In this document: piece by piece, positions 13,307-26,600 of the stretch | Numbering within the stretch: position 1 is the stretch's first letter | How the letters are laid out: every line of letters starts with the position of its first letter | Made by a program: the position numbers and the translations under genes | The notes under the pieces: model-generated | The model's input: the letters and a program-made list of their open reading frames with translations, nothing else | The model's database searches: none | What the model was told of the DNA's origin: nothing | Source of the DNA: Pristiophorus japonicus | Taxonomy: Eukaryota | Assembly (NCBI RefSeq): GCF_044704955.1 | Contig: NC_091981.1 | Coordinates: 163,370,001 to 163,434,000 of the forward strand | Direction of reading: 5' to 3' | Length of the DNA: 64,000 bases

Positions 13307-15272
13307 CATAAGAACATAAGAAATAGGAACAGGAGTAGGCCATACGGCCACTAGAGCCTGCTCTGCCATTCAATAAGATCATGGCTGATCTGATCAAGGA
13401 CTCAGCTCCACTTCCCTGCCCGCTCCCCATAACCCCTTATCCCCTTATCATTTAAGAAACTGTCTATTTCTGTCTTAAATTTATTCAATATCCCAGCTTC
13501 CACAGCTCTCTGAGGCAGTGAATTCCACAGATTTACAACTCTCAGGGAAGAAATTCCTCCTCATCTCTGTTTTAAATGGGCGGCCCCTTATTCTAAGATC
13601 ATGCCCTCTAGTTCTAGTCTCCCCCATCAGTGGAAATATCCTCTCTGCATCCACCTTGTCAAACCCCCTCATAATCTTATACGTTTTGATAAGATCACCT
13701 CTCATTCTTCTAAATTCCAATGAGTAGAGGCACAGCCTACTCAACCTTTCCTCATAATTCAACCCCCTCATCCCTGGAATCAACCAAGTGAACCTTCTCT
13801 GAACTGCCTCCAAAGCAAGTATATCCTTTGGTAAATATGGAAAACAAATTGCACGCAGTATTCCAGGTGTGTCCTCACCAATACCTTATATAGCTGTAGC
13901 AAGACTTCCCTGCTTTTATACTCCATCCCCTTTGCAATAAAGACCAAGATACCATTGGCCTTCCTGATCACTTGCTGTAGCTGCATACTATCCTTTTGTG
14001 TTTCATGCACAAGTACACCCAGATCCCGCTGTACTGCAGCACTTTGCAATCTTTCTCCATTTAAATAATAACTTGCTCTTCGATTTTTTTCTGCCAAAGT
14101 GCATGACCTCACACTTTCCAACATTATACACCATCTGCCAAATTTTTGCCCACTCACTTAGCCTGTCTATGTCCTTTTGCAGATTTTTTGTGTCCTCCTC
14201 ACACATTGCTTTTCCTCCTATCTTTGTATCATCAGCAAATGTGGCTACGTTACACTCAGTCCATTCCTCCAAGTTGTTAATATAGATTGTAAAATAGTTG
14301 GGGTCCCAGCACTGATCCCTGCAGCACCCCACTAGTTACTGATTGCCAACCAGAGAATGAACCATTTATCCCAACTCTGTTATTTAGCCAATCCTCTATC
14401 CATGCTAATATATTACCCCCAACCCCGTGAACTTTTATCTTGGGCAATAACCTTTTATGTGGCACCTTGTCAAATACCTTCTGGAAGTCCAAATACACCA
14501 TATCCACTGGTTCCCCTTTATCCACCTTGTTTTTTATCCATCCTCAAAGAACTCCAGCAAATTTGTCAAACATGACTTCCCCTTCATAAATCCATGCTGA
14601 CTCTACCTGACCGAATTTTGCTTTTCCAAATGTCCTGTTACTGTTTCTTTAATAATGGACTCCAACATTTTCCCAACCAGAGATGTTAGGCTAACTGGTC
14701 TATAGTTTCCTGCTTTTTGTCTGCCTCCTTTTTTAAATAGGGGCGTTACATTTGCAATTTTCCAATCTGCTGGGACCTCTCCAGAATCCAGGGAATGTTG
14801 GTAAATTACAACCAATGCATCCACAATCCCTGCCGCTACTTCTCTTAAGACCCTAGGATGCAAGCCATCAGGTCCAGGGGATTTATCTGCCTTTAGTCCC
14901 ATTATCTTACTGAGTACCACCTCCTTAGTGATTGTGATTGTGTTAAGTTCCTCCCCTCCCCCCCCCCCCCGTATAGGCCACTGTCAGATTATTGTTTGTG
15001 TCCTCTACTGTAAAGACTGATACAAAATATTTGTTCAGAGTTTCTGCCATCTCCATGTTCCCCATTACTAATTCCCGGGTCTCGTCCTCTAAGGGACCAA
15101 CATTTACTTTAATCACTCTTTTCCTTTTTATATACCTATAGAAACTCTTGCTATCTGTTTTTATATTTTGTGCTAGTTTACTTTCATAGTCTATCTTCCC
15201 TTTCTTAATCATTTTTTTAGTCGTTCTTTGCTGGCTTTTAAAAGCTTCCCAGTCTTCTGTCCTCCCACTAGT
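13307..15272 (-). mobile_element. CR1 LINE, 5'-truncated, decayed ORF2 (RT)
   Basis: Fragments KSPGPDGLHPRVL, NYRPVSLTS, YLDFQKVFDKVPH, FADDTK, RMRGDLIKTYK; tandem TTCTTATG-type tail at the left end; frameshifts. Confidence 0.95.
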
Positions 15273-16659
15273 TTCAAGCCCGAGTCGATGGCATGTGTTG
15301 TTATGGCAGTAACATCAGTGCCAGTTCAGTGTATGTTTTATGAGGCACTGAAGAGAAACCATATGGGGATATTTGCACTCTTCATGGCAACAGATGTTTC
15401 AGTTCCTCTAGCTCAACGAGGAAAGCAATATGTAACCTTTATCTGTCCCATTCCAGCTCTTGGTTTTCATGGTGAATGCACTCGCGTCAGAATTAAAAGA
15501 CGGCATGCAGAAAAATTATTGACCTATATGTTAAGTGTGCTTTTAGAGAATAGAGAGAATCACACTCTCCTCCCGACATGTGCAATGCAAAATGTTTCTT
15601 GCCCCTAACGTCTTGTAAGTTTTTCTTAGTGCAGAATGAAGACATAAAAATCACAATATAAATACACGCAGGCATTGTGAATCAGTTGCTGGTAGCAAAT
15701 CTGAGACAAAGCGTGAATTCAGTTTAATAATAAATTAGGGTGCAGTTTTTTTCCTGCGCGGTCCCGATCGCTCCCGCGCCTTCCGGCTTGGGGGCGGGGG
15801 CGGTGGGGAAACTGCCCTTTTGTGCTGATGTCTTCCGAGCTTTTACATCCCACTATCCCACCTCCATCTTGTGTGCCCGTATAATCAAAAAAAAATGCGC
15901 CCAGCAGTTTCGAGTTATTTCGTCAATATTTCTTTCGGGATCGAAGCTGCATTTCCGCCTGACCCTCGAACCGCCCGTTGATGTAAAATTGTGTGGAAAT
16001 GGCCAGCGAAACAAAATATACAACTGCGCTTGACGTTGTTCATGTGAGACTGGGCAGAGATCATAATTTTTGAGAGTTAAATATTACACATCTTCACACA
16101 CAGAGACACACAACCGCATTAAAATATCTTACAGCCTCCATCAATGGCGAACGCACCATGTGCAGCTTGTGCCAGGATGGCCCACGAGGTAAGTTAACAT
16201 ATCCAGACTGGGAGGCCCTGAGTTCAAGTGCAGAGCTTGGTTTACTCGTTGGCAGCTCTGTCGCCTCGAAAATAACATGTATTACAATCATAAACATATT
16301 TTTACGTGACTTATCACTATAAGGGCAACAAAGCACCGCCCTTACAGCGTCAAATATTATTTACATTTGGAAAAGTTGAGAAAGAATTAGCGCTGGAAAT
16401 GCTATTTTCTGGGGCATAGTTTTAAAAAATGTATATGGTAATAGCATTCATTATATATTATAAACTATAAAATGTATCTACTATACAATGTTCTCTTAAC
16501 ATCAGCGGTTTACAAAATTGCCAACCGGAATTTAACGAAATACTTTTTTGAAACATGTGAGCAGATTATTGTAATATCTCAGTATTGAGTTTCAATGGTT
16601 TATGCCTTTTTCTTAAATATATTGATTGTAATATTGTAAAATTATATGTATTTCGCACA

Positions 16660-16755
16660 AGATAGATAAATAGATAGACCGATAAATAGATAGACAGACA
16701 GATAAATATATATATAGATAGGTATACTTAGATAGATAGATAGATAGATAGATAG
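16660..16755. repeat. Imperfect (GATA)n microsatellite
   Basis: Runs of gataGATA. Confidence 0.9.
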
Positions 16756-17299
16756 TGACTGATTCCTAAAGACTTGGACATCCGAAATAATCTTTACTCT
16801 TACCAAGGTTGTCTGTAGAGGAATATGTTCAGTGAAAGTGCCGCGGGCGTAACATAATCTAACCGGAAATATATTCCAGAAAACATTATGTATTGAGCTC
16901 ACTCTTTTCAGAATCATTCTATCCCACCCCCACCCGTCATACCCACTCGTCTCAGTGTTGTGGGCCTAAGGAAAGATATTCACAAGTGATCGACGTCAAG
17001 AAGGAAATCCCGAAACATTCACAAACTCGCAGAACACTTTCGCTTGTCCCGTGCATAAACTCACTCACCCTCATAGCCAATGCATGTCTTAAAATTTCTC
17101 AATTGTGCCATATGCTTAAAAAAGCGTGTTTCAAACGTACCATGTCTGTTCCAAGTGCACGCCTTTCCAATAGGGAACACTGCCAACGGTGTATATGTGA
17201 CCAGTCAAATGTTTTTACTGTATAACCCGGCAGAAGCGTTAGCTCCTCCGGTTGAGTGAGCGTATCCAGGTGTGAAAATGTTTGCACACCCCGCCACCT

Positions 17300-17500
17300 C
17301 TTTTATTGCCAGCAAAATTAGCTGTTATTACTGTCAGTGTTTGGTGATGGCGAGGTTGATAAAACTGCTGTAATCAAGAACCGGCGCATCTTTGCAAATT
17401 ATAGGCAATTGTAAATGTCCAGATTATGATAATAGCATCTTAATCCAGACTGGGGGATAATTACTGCAACTGTCCAGTTAGGCTAATTTCGCCATTATTT
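17300..17500. promoter_or_regulatory. I56ii (eii) conserved Dlx5/6 intergenic enhancer
   Basis: CAGCAAAATTAGCTGTTATTACTGTC...AAAACTGCTGTAATCAAG...GGCGCATCTTTGCAAATT...GTCCAGATTATGATAATAGCATC matches my recollection of I56ii; lies between I56i and Dlx5. Confidence 0.8.
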
Positions 17501-18889
17501 GCACAGAGCAGATGACTGCTGAGTGAAAAACTCACAATGTTAATTCTGAAGGTTCCAGTGGGTGAAATTGCTTCAAAAAAGCAGAAAGAAACAAATGTGA
17601 ATTGAAAAGGACGAATATAAATTGCAGGGCTCGAGAAAAGGGCGAGTGAGTTAACGGTGTCGGATAGTGCCAATAAGTGGGCGAATGCTCTCACCACAGT
17701 GTCTCTTCTGAATAACAATTATATTTGTTTGAAGTAATGATGTTTGGAAGGCTGTAAGAAAGTACATCGCTTTGTTGCTACTGTAGACGACATATGCGCT
17801 TAGGATCTGTGGTAAAGTTTGTCCCGGATTCGATGGACATATTGGTAAAGATTACAGACTAAATTTATTTTGTGCCATTTATAATTCCAAACAATACATT
17901 CCGGAAATAACTTGCTTAGGATTCTGTACTCTTTCCAGGCGACAGACTCGCTGATCTCTCAAGTCCTCGGCCTACCGGATCAGCTCTGAAAGCTAAATTT
18001 TGAACGCGGCGTCTTTCGCTTGCCTTGTGGAAAGATGGGGCGCCGTTTGTCACAATATAAGCATCAATTATTCTCAGCATTCAGCCCATGTCTAATATGC
18101 TGTGAACACTGGAGTATATTATTACTTCGGAACTGGCCTGGTGTCAGAATGTTTCCGAAGTTGGAGATCTGCTACTAGTTTTATCTTAAGTCATCGACCT
18201 CCCCACAGCACAAACTGATTATTCCCAAATACTACCATTTAGTAAAATTGGTGGTAGGAGATAAAATGCTGTCTATATAGAGTGTTGCTAAGAGAAACCC
18301 CCAACATCTACTATAAATGCTTCAGTGCTTTCAAACCCACTTCTGAAACCTGAAGGTACAATTTTGTCTCACTTTCAGGAACAAGCAACCAAAAAACAAG
18401 CAACATTTGAATTATACAACATTGTTTTGTCACTAGCAAATTAAATATTAAAGAGCATAAAAAGCCGATTGCGAGGGAAATCACCACGAATTGATAATAA
18501 AAATAGAAGGGAACTGAGGGAATGAAGAAAACTCAAGCGATAACAAATAAAAATTAAAGTAAAACATGACCAGCAAACAGCAATTTTCTTCCACGTGTAA
18601 TCTGATAATTCTGTTCACCTTGTGTGAAGGTTTTAATAAAATAAATCAGCCCCTCCTTCCCTTCAGTCTTTTACGATGTCACTCGCTATTACCAACCACC
18701 TGAATGTACACACGGATATTCTTTTATAAGCTTCAGATATGAACAACCATGTTCAACTATTATTTAAGTCAGAAGACACTTATGATTCTAAAATTCGGTT
18801 TTAAAGAGAAACTTGATTTAAAACTCGTGTTGATAAGGCTTTGTCGCTTACGCCTCCAACATGTGATTTATTGGTATCCACACATTTTC

Positions 18890-19020
18890 AACACAAAAGC
18901 AAAATACCGCGGATGCTGGAATCTGAAATAAAAACAGAAAGTGCTGGAAATCTCAGCAAGTCAGGCAGCATCTGTGGAGAGAAAGCAGAGTTAACGTTTC
19001 GAGTCGATGACCTTCCTCAC
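18890..19020. mobile_element. Short interspersed repeat fragment (Penelope-like, common in chondrichthyans)
   Basis: AAAATACCGCGGATGCTGGAATCTGAAATAAAAACAGAAAGTGCTGGAAATCTCAGC...GGCAGCATCTGTGGAGAGA; recognised from memory only. Confidence 0.55.
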
Positions 19021-19036
19021 ATTTCAGTTTGCAATA

Positions 19037-19204
19037 CATAGAAACATAGAAAATAGGTGCAGGAGTAGGTCATACGGCCCTTCGAGCCTGCACCGCCAAC
19101 TTCAGTACCCCATTCCTACTTTCTCTCCATACCCCTTGATCCCTTTAGCCGTAAGGGGCACATCTAACTCCCTTTTGAATATATCTAACGAACTGGCCTC
19201 AACA
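19037..19204 (-). mobile_element. CR1 3'-end fragment with internal deletion
   Basis: CATAGAAACATAGAAA tail; colinear with the CR1 fragment starting at 52764 except for a deletion. Confidence 0.9.
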
Positions 19205-21326
19205 CGTTAGACAGTTATTCTTTCCATGTCGTGGAGCGTGTTTGAAAATAGGCATATACCAAGTAAAAGCATGTGCCCCCGCCCCTCCAAACAATTAAGA
19301 TGCTAAACTTGGCATAGGGCGGATTGTAGTGCATTATGCGCCGCCAAAGTAATTAGACGGAGCTGTGTTTCCAACTGCAAAATATGCAAAATGCCTTAAT
19401 TCTTAAATCTTACAATCACATAGAACTGGCTTTAAGCACTGCGGTTGCCTGTTATATCAAATTACAGCAAACCAAGCTTGTCGGTAGACATGCTGCTTAA
19501 CAATTAAAAGGGGTTCTGATGTGACAACGTTTAATACTTCGATTGCTAGAACGGATAGAATAACGTTAACACATTGCATTTTACTCATTTTCCCCGGCCA
19601 CACTATAGCAGTAAAATACCGGCTAATTCGATCCCAAATCCCAGTAATTTCAGAAGGACACAAAAGCCAGGGTAAATAATCTCGAACTAAAGGCTCTACA
19701 GATAGCACTCATGTTTTTCAACATCACTTCACTCCATTATGCTTGCCTGGATACTTTACCATTTTAGATGTGCATTTCAACTGGATTTAAAATCCTGTAT
19801 AATAAGTTTTTTTAAATGAAGAGTTATTTATGAAAAGTGAAAGATCCATGTGACCTTACCTAATTTCCCCACTCCAATTAAAATTAATACAAATAATCTA
19901 ATATAATTTTTACTGAATACATTTAATTTTCTATTGTTGCATTTATCGAAAACTTAAATAAATAATTGCACCCAAAACGTTAATAAATAAGAAACTTATT
20001 TACATATTTCCCGTTTTTTTGAGCACACCATACATTGTCCTGCAAGTTCCTGAAAAGCTGCAACGGTCATGGTCTTGTGTGCGTGACTTTGTCGGTGTGT
20101 CTCTCTTGCATGCACAGATGCCTATGCGTCCGTATCTGTATATGTGTGCGTGTGTGTCTATATATACATAAATGTGTATATATATTTATATGCATATGTT
20201 TACGGATATGTGTGTCGCTCTCTATGTGTGCCTATATGCATGTATGAATGTAAGAACGTATGTCATTTTTCCCCGCGAGAATGTAGTTACATTTATTATT
20301 TTTAGATTTTTTTTTCTTCGGAATGTATATGTGTGTTAGTTGAGGTGGCCTGTGGCCGGGAGTGACGCAGCTCCGGAGCCGGTCTGCACCCACAGGAATG
20401 CGGCTCCCTGTGATCTCAACTGCCGCCCTCTCGGCTCCTCTCTGCCACTCAAAGCTGCTAATTGTGGGCAACACAAAGAAAAAGCAAGTCTGCGGGAAGT
20501 CTGCGAGCCAGACTCCAAGAGAGCCCCGCTACCAGAAACACCAACACAATCCAACTCCCAAAGAAATCCAGCAGCCAAGAGCCCATCCCCTGTCGCACCT
20601 AAAATACTAAAATGCCCTTAGGCACGGAGGACGCCTTTTCAAACTTTTCCTCCATCGCCTCACAGAACAGCACTCTAGATAGATACTCACATTTACAGAC
20701 CAAAATTTACACCCTTCGGTTATTACTATGTTCATTGAGTTATCGGAACCTTTGACTAATTAGAAAGAAGTCAGATCCCGATCTAATGATTGCATCTACT
20801 TTCATTACCGCAGTGAAAATGCATCTCTAGAATTGTAAAGCCAGTTAGACTTATTGTCATGTTCTGTGCATCTCCCGCGCACATTGATGTTTACACGTTT
20901 ACTGATGGGATTCAAATATATCTACTAATAAATATAGACCCCGTTATAGCAAACTGATATTTTCCATGCATCTCCTTAGGTTCGACCAGGGTTGTTAGTA
21001 TTGTTATGTTATACATCCGTGGGATCACATTTAATGTCTACTCACTCCATGTTCGATTAAGGATGCGTCATTTTCAAACCACCAAAAAATAAAATGTAAA
21101 CATACATTGGCCAATCGCGCAATCTCGCGAAGGTCTCAACCGCTGTGTTGATTAGCAATGAATAATTTATTAAAACTCATACCGTATTTGCATCATTAGG
21201 GAACCGTATCCGTTCGCCTACTTCTACTGTTATTTTTTTTAACAGTAACTAGCCACCACTTTCCGTGCGCAAAAAATATGTTTGGCCTCACTGTTTGACC
21301 CTGCTCTGCTGCTAAATGTAGTTACT

Positions 21327-21585
21327 TTTTTTTTGTTCATTCTTGTCAGATCAACTCTAGCGCCAAAGATCACTTTGCGCGACTACACTTGATCTTAGCC
21401 AAAAGGCCGAGAGGGGAAGCTGCACCGTTCCTGGAAACACTGCAATACCAGGTCGATGCGTGGAGTGGACGGAGCAAGCCCCTGTTCCATCTCCCTGTTC
21501 CAAAAAACAATTTAATATTTGGTCCCCAGATAGGGGATATTAAACAGATAAGAACAGATACTACACTTGATCTTAGCCAAAAGGC
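21327..21585 (-). pseudogene. RNU2: Retroposed U2 snRNA chimera (U2 nt ~12-185 + U2 nt 7-37 + ~47-nt tail + oligo-A)
   Basis: Reverse complement reads GCCTTTTGGCTAAGATCAAGTGTAGTATCTGTTCTTATC...GCTTGCTCCGTCCACTCCACGCATCGACCTGGTATTGCAG...GGAACGGTGCA; ~9-nt internal deletion; 16-bp TSD GCTAAATGTAGTTACT at 21311-21326 and 21584-21599. Confidence 0.93.
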
Positions 21586-23188
21586 TAAATGTAGTTACTA
21601 TGTAGGTCTGGTGAGTAAAGAAAGTCAGCGGCGATCAACGTCAGGACATCAATTTCCACTGTATCCAATTGCCCCAGTCACAGTTGTGTTACACTGTCAC
21701 TATACCGATTTAATAAATAAGCTGCCCGGGGTCGTTATATAAACTGGAATTGAACAGAACACTCTTCGCAATCAGCCGCAATATTCGCACAATTTCTGCG
21801 AACCGTTTAATAACCATAAGCCGATGATTGTTCGAACTAGGAATACAACATACACTTAGCAAACTTGAAATTCTATTTTAATAACATTTATTTTAAGAAC
21901 ACTAGCATTTTAAATGGAAGACTGACTATTTGAATGTATTTGATTATATCTCTAATAGACAAGCAGGCAATAATATTTTTTAACAGGAACGGTGACTTAT
22001 TTGTACAACTAACCTTGTGGAAGTATGAGATCAGTTTATCATTGAAAGTGATTCCAGATACTTGTTGTTAATTTCTGCCAAAATATGCCACGTTCGGCAC
22101 AATACGTGTGGACAAATAAAACTGCTAAGTGAAATTAAGACCACTAAGTATGTTACTTGCACCAACAACTAAATCTTTTATGTTTAGGGCGTTCCATTCT
22201 TAAAAGAGTGCAATGGAAATATTTATCTAATTTTGATGGACTTGAAATCTGTTTAGAAAATAAGTGACACTCCCACGAAACGACTGTAACACCAACTTAT
22301 ACCTCGCTCTCGTTATTTTCCTTTATAGGGTAACCGCATCTCCAGAACGTGACTGTAGCTCTGACTGAAGCGAGAAAATGCTTTTCAAAAGTGCACGCCC
22401 AGCTTGGAAAAAAACTCTTAATTTTAATTACATAAATCTGCATTGTTAAATTAGCATTCAATTAGAAATGGTGTATAAGGCTGGCACGTTTTAATTTTAT
22501 TTTTACTTTCTTATTCTAGTAGCACACTGATGTGTTCCTTTTATTTATGTTTAGACTCCTGTCGGTATTATTTGTCCTACCACATGTCTCTATAAATCCC
22601 AACATACCTGCAGGGTAGTTCGGAAAGAAACACAAAATGTTAAATCAGGACTTGATTTGATCATTATTTCGTACTTTTTAGGCTGCGTACAACAAGTGAA
22701 TAATCAAATGCGTCTCTTTTCAAAAATATCAGCTAAAATTATATCCAAACAGTGGAACGTGTCAAAGTCACTTCCCTGCTATAAATATAGCAACCGAGTA
22801 CATAAAAAGTCTTTAGAATTCAATTCGCTAATTTGAATCTCTTCTCTCTGCGTGCTCGAATTTATATGATCTGCTTATTTCCCGAAGTTTAGGTGAGTAT
22901 TTTATTAATATAGTAAAGGTTGAGTGTTGCAGCCATAAAAGGGAAAGGCAAATTTAATTTTTCTTTTAAGAATATAACTAATGCATAACAAATCTAAAAC
23001 TGTAACTGATGGATTCCCAGTAAACCCAGTGGTTATCGTTTGAGCTGCCATAGCAATGATTACTGAAAACTGTGTTTTATAGTTAACAATATGATCATTA
23101 CAGAATTCAATTTGGTGTCCAACACATTGACAGCACAAATTATATCAAATAAAATCCCAACAATCATTTTGTCCGAAGTGTCAATAAT

Positions 23189-23194
23189 TTTATT
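23189..23194 (-). terminator. Probable Dlx5 polyadenylation signal
   Basis: AATAAA on the minus strand ~310 nt after the stop codon, preceded by TGTA motifs. Confidence 0.65.
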
Positions 23195-23502
23195 TAAACA
23201 GAATATACAGTTTAATTCAACTATCTACACGTATGTACAGTGATATATGTTACTGAAAAGTCCAGTAAGGTTGGAGGTCGCAGCCGATAAGTGAAAGGCA
23301 CCTTTGACAGTGTCCAAGTTCGCCTGATGTCCCTTGGAAAATAGCCCATTTTCCTCTTTGAAATGTAGAAATTTACATGCAGCGAGTGTACCGAGTCAGA
23401 TAGTTTGGCTTCTCTTGATTCCGACTGAACAAAACGTGCATTTCATTGCATATCTCCACCGCTTGTCGGTCCTAATCAATCCACTGTGGAATGTGTTTCA
23501 GA

Positions 23503-23817
23503 TTAATAAATAGTCCCGGATCCCAAAGCTAGTGGATGATGTAGTGAGCTTGTAGATTGCAGGTGGGAATTAATGGAACTGGGATTGGAATACCAGGAAC
23601 TGGCGTTTTCCAGGTAGCCTGCGGTGGATGGGTTGTGGCTGGGGTTTTGATGAGCGTGGACAACCCTTGAGGAGCTGTGACTCTCCCAAACAGCAGGGGA
23701 CTGAGGAGAATTGCACGCCATGGGGTCACTGGAACTGGGGCTGTGCTCTGGAGGGATCTCCCCACTTTTTATGATTTTCTTAATCTTCGATCTTCGGTTC
23801 TGGAACCATATTTTAAC
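23503..23817 (-). CDS. DLX5: Distal-less homeobox 5, exon 3
   Basis: Acceptor ttggcag; [14 protein letters not shown]...[22 protein letters not shown]...LALGSGTIY*. Confidence 0.97.
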   Translation of the reverse strand, partial: VKIWFQNRRSKIKKIIKSGEIPPEHSPSSSDPMACNSPQSPAVWESHSSSRVVHAHQNPSHNPSTAGYLENASSWYSNPSSINSHLQSTSSLHHPLALGSGTIY

Positions 23818-25034
23818 CTGCCAAAACAAATGGCAATAATTAATTTCTAAAATAACTATATAATACCTAAAACAAAACAATGGGACCAAAACCGCTAAAT
23901 CCACACTTTCCCTGCCGTGCTATTTACTGCGTCTAATTGTAAATATCCCATCCACACGGCCTCCTGCACTTTTATTAGTCCGTTCACATTGTAACACAAT
24001 ACCGAAGAAAAGTGTCTATTCAGGGTTTTCATAGCAAGGCGGTAAATCCGTTTATGTTTATCGGTGTACTTACAGCCACCTCCATTTCGTCTCCCACTTT
24101 AAGTCACTCGAATGCTTCGTTTGAAAATATATTAAAACCGCTCGGTCTCTACTCAACCATGTAGTCGCTATAATTGAGGCTTTTTTGTTCTGGGTCCAAC
24201 TGCGCACTCGGAATGAATTCATGACAGCGATTTTTATTTTAAATAATAATAGTTAAAATAAGCCAAAGACCTAGACAGACTAATAGCAGAAATTATAGAT
24301 TGTAATGACCCAAGTAAAATATACTGCAGCATTGTTGAAGCCCCTCGCAACCGCAGTTCTATGCTTAAGAGAGAAAAATCTCGTTAAGAAACCTTTTAAA
24401 TATTTAACTCCGTTTTCGGTAGAGGTTAACTTTTTTTTAAGTATGAAACATTACGCTCAAGTTTTGTAATACGATTACCAAACCACAGCCACCCGCAGCC
24501 GAAAGTAACAATGAAATAAATGGAAAATAAAATGACATTTAATACAAATAAAACTAAAGATTGTCAGCTGTAAGTACAGCACAGAATGTTCAAACCCAAG
24601 AACCGAGGCGGAGGAGAGACGGGGAGTTCCCAACTAATGAGAAAAGTGTTATTCTGCAGGAGCTCACCAGAACCAAACCGATCGCGTGAATTATAACCAG
24701 TATTAATAATTGTATATATATATTTACATTTGCGTTTGTGTGTCTGCCGCATGAAGTAAAGCGCAGAGAGCGAAGCAATCCCAGATCAATTGTCGAGCGC
24801 GAGTCTGCTTTGCCGTCGGGTTGTGTTTGGGGTTGCCTAGATCCGATCAGACACTTGTTCAGAGTGTGAATCGGTGCTATTCTCGGCGATATGGCACACT
24901 TTCGGCCAAATTGTACAATTAGCGGTGACAACACGCTCGAATTGCGCCGATCCCTCTTGGAGCCGGTTGTGTTTGTGAGGCTGACTGGGCGCGGTTCTCG
25001 GAGGCGGTGTGGTGCAATACTGGAGCCCCAATCA

Positions 25035-25310
<276 letters not shown>

Positions 25311-26026
25311 TCACCCGTCAGATTCAATAATCAATATCACAGCGGGAAGAGGGGGGGAGGGGAATAAAATGGGGATATTGGCCCCGAAAAAAGGAGCGCG
25401 ATTTGCAATGGGGCATCTGGGCGGGCTGGATGAACATGGTTCTGGAACTCGCCGCCGTCACTGGGGTTGAAACTACAGCCGAAGATGATTCTCTCGAAAA
25501 TAAGCAGGAATCAGTAGTCAGTCATTCCTTCAATACAGTCACACCTTGTCATTTTGTTTTTCTTCCATGTTTTGTTAAAAATATGTGAGCCGATGTCTCA
25601 CTGCAGGAATTTACCATCGACAAAACAAAAGAAACTCCACTGTTTAATGGAAGAATCGACACTTCACTGAATAGAAATGGGGGAAGCTAGACGGGGCTGA
25701 AAATGAGAAAGGGCGATTTATTTATATTTGTTTTACAGATTGTCCGCAATTTTCTTTCTGTCCAACGCCCAACTTTCAACAGGTTTACGGTTGATTTTCT
25801 TGCGCCTAACCTTTACACAAAACATCCTACAGGATTTAAATAATCTCGCACTGATTCCCGGGCACTTTTACAAAGTTGTCTAATGGGATTTTGGTGGCGC
25901 CGAGCTCGCAAACCTCCTGAAAAAGGCAGCCGAGACTTAAGAATGCGGATGGTAAGGGGGAAACATTTCTGTAGCTGCACGACAGACACTAGGTGTAGGA
26001 GGAATTACTGGAAAATGGCTCCTTAC

Positions 26027-26360
26027 CTGGCTGGGTGCATGTTGGCGGAGCCCTGCTGTACGCCCCGTATTGGTGATAATGGCCAGGGTAACTGTATTCG
26101 TGGTAAGCTTTACTGGGGTAATTGGCGGCGGAGCCGTTGACTCCGTGGTACTGGTACTGGTAGGGGTTCAGAACTTTGCCGTAAGACGAAGGCGAACAGT
26201 AGCCGTGGTGGGAGCCACCCGAGCTGTAGTAACCCGTATCCGTGGCGGTGGACTCGGGGAGAGTCGGCGATTCCTGCGACGGATGGTGCATGCTGTGCTG
26301 GAAGGTGGCCTGGAGATCTGTCCGGATGCTGGGAACCTTGCGATCGAATACTCCTGTCAT
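26027..26360 (-). CDS. DLX5: Distal-less homeobox 5, coding exon 1
   Basis: [13 protein letters not shown]...[22 protein letters not shown]; phase-1 donor G|GTAAGG; spliced CDS 834 nt = 277 aa. Confidence 0.97.
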
Positions 26361-26409
26361 GGCCCGGGGAGCTGCAGGATGTGACGGCGGTCGGTCGGTG
26401 CGTGCGAGC

Positions 26410-26434
26410 GTGTGTGTGTGTGTATGTGTGTGTG
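26410..26434. repeat. (TG)n/(CA)n tract in the Dlx5 5' leader
   Basis: tgtgtgtgtgtgtatgtgtgtgtg. Confidence 0.85.
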
Positions 26435-26499
26435 AGGAATCTATGCAGACATAGCTGTGTGTGCTGGAGGGAGCCGGGCAGACTGTGGCTGGGGCACAG

Positions 26500-26600
26500 C
26501 AAAGTCTTGGTTAAGTCCCTAATTGCGCTATTACGCACTGGGTGGATCAGTTCCATTGGATGGAGCAACCAGCCATCAGTAACACCCTAACTCGCTCAAC
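26500..26600 (-). promoter_or_regulatory. Dlx5 proximal promoter
   Basis: CCAAT on the minus strand (26555-26559) and TAAT/TAATT homeodomain sites 150-240 nt upstream of the ATG. Confidence 0.55.

Noticed and set aside
21421-21585. Functional U2 snRNA gene
   Set aside because: 5' end missing, internal deletion in the stem II region, and TSD plus oligo(A) indicate retroposition. The overlapping 117-aa ORF is just antisense U2.
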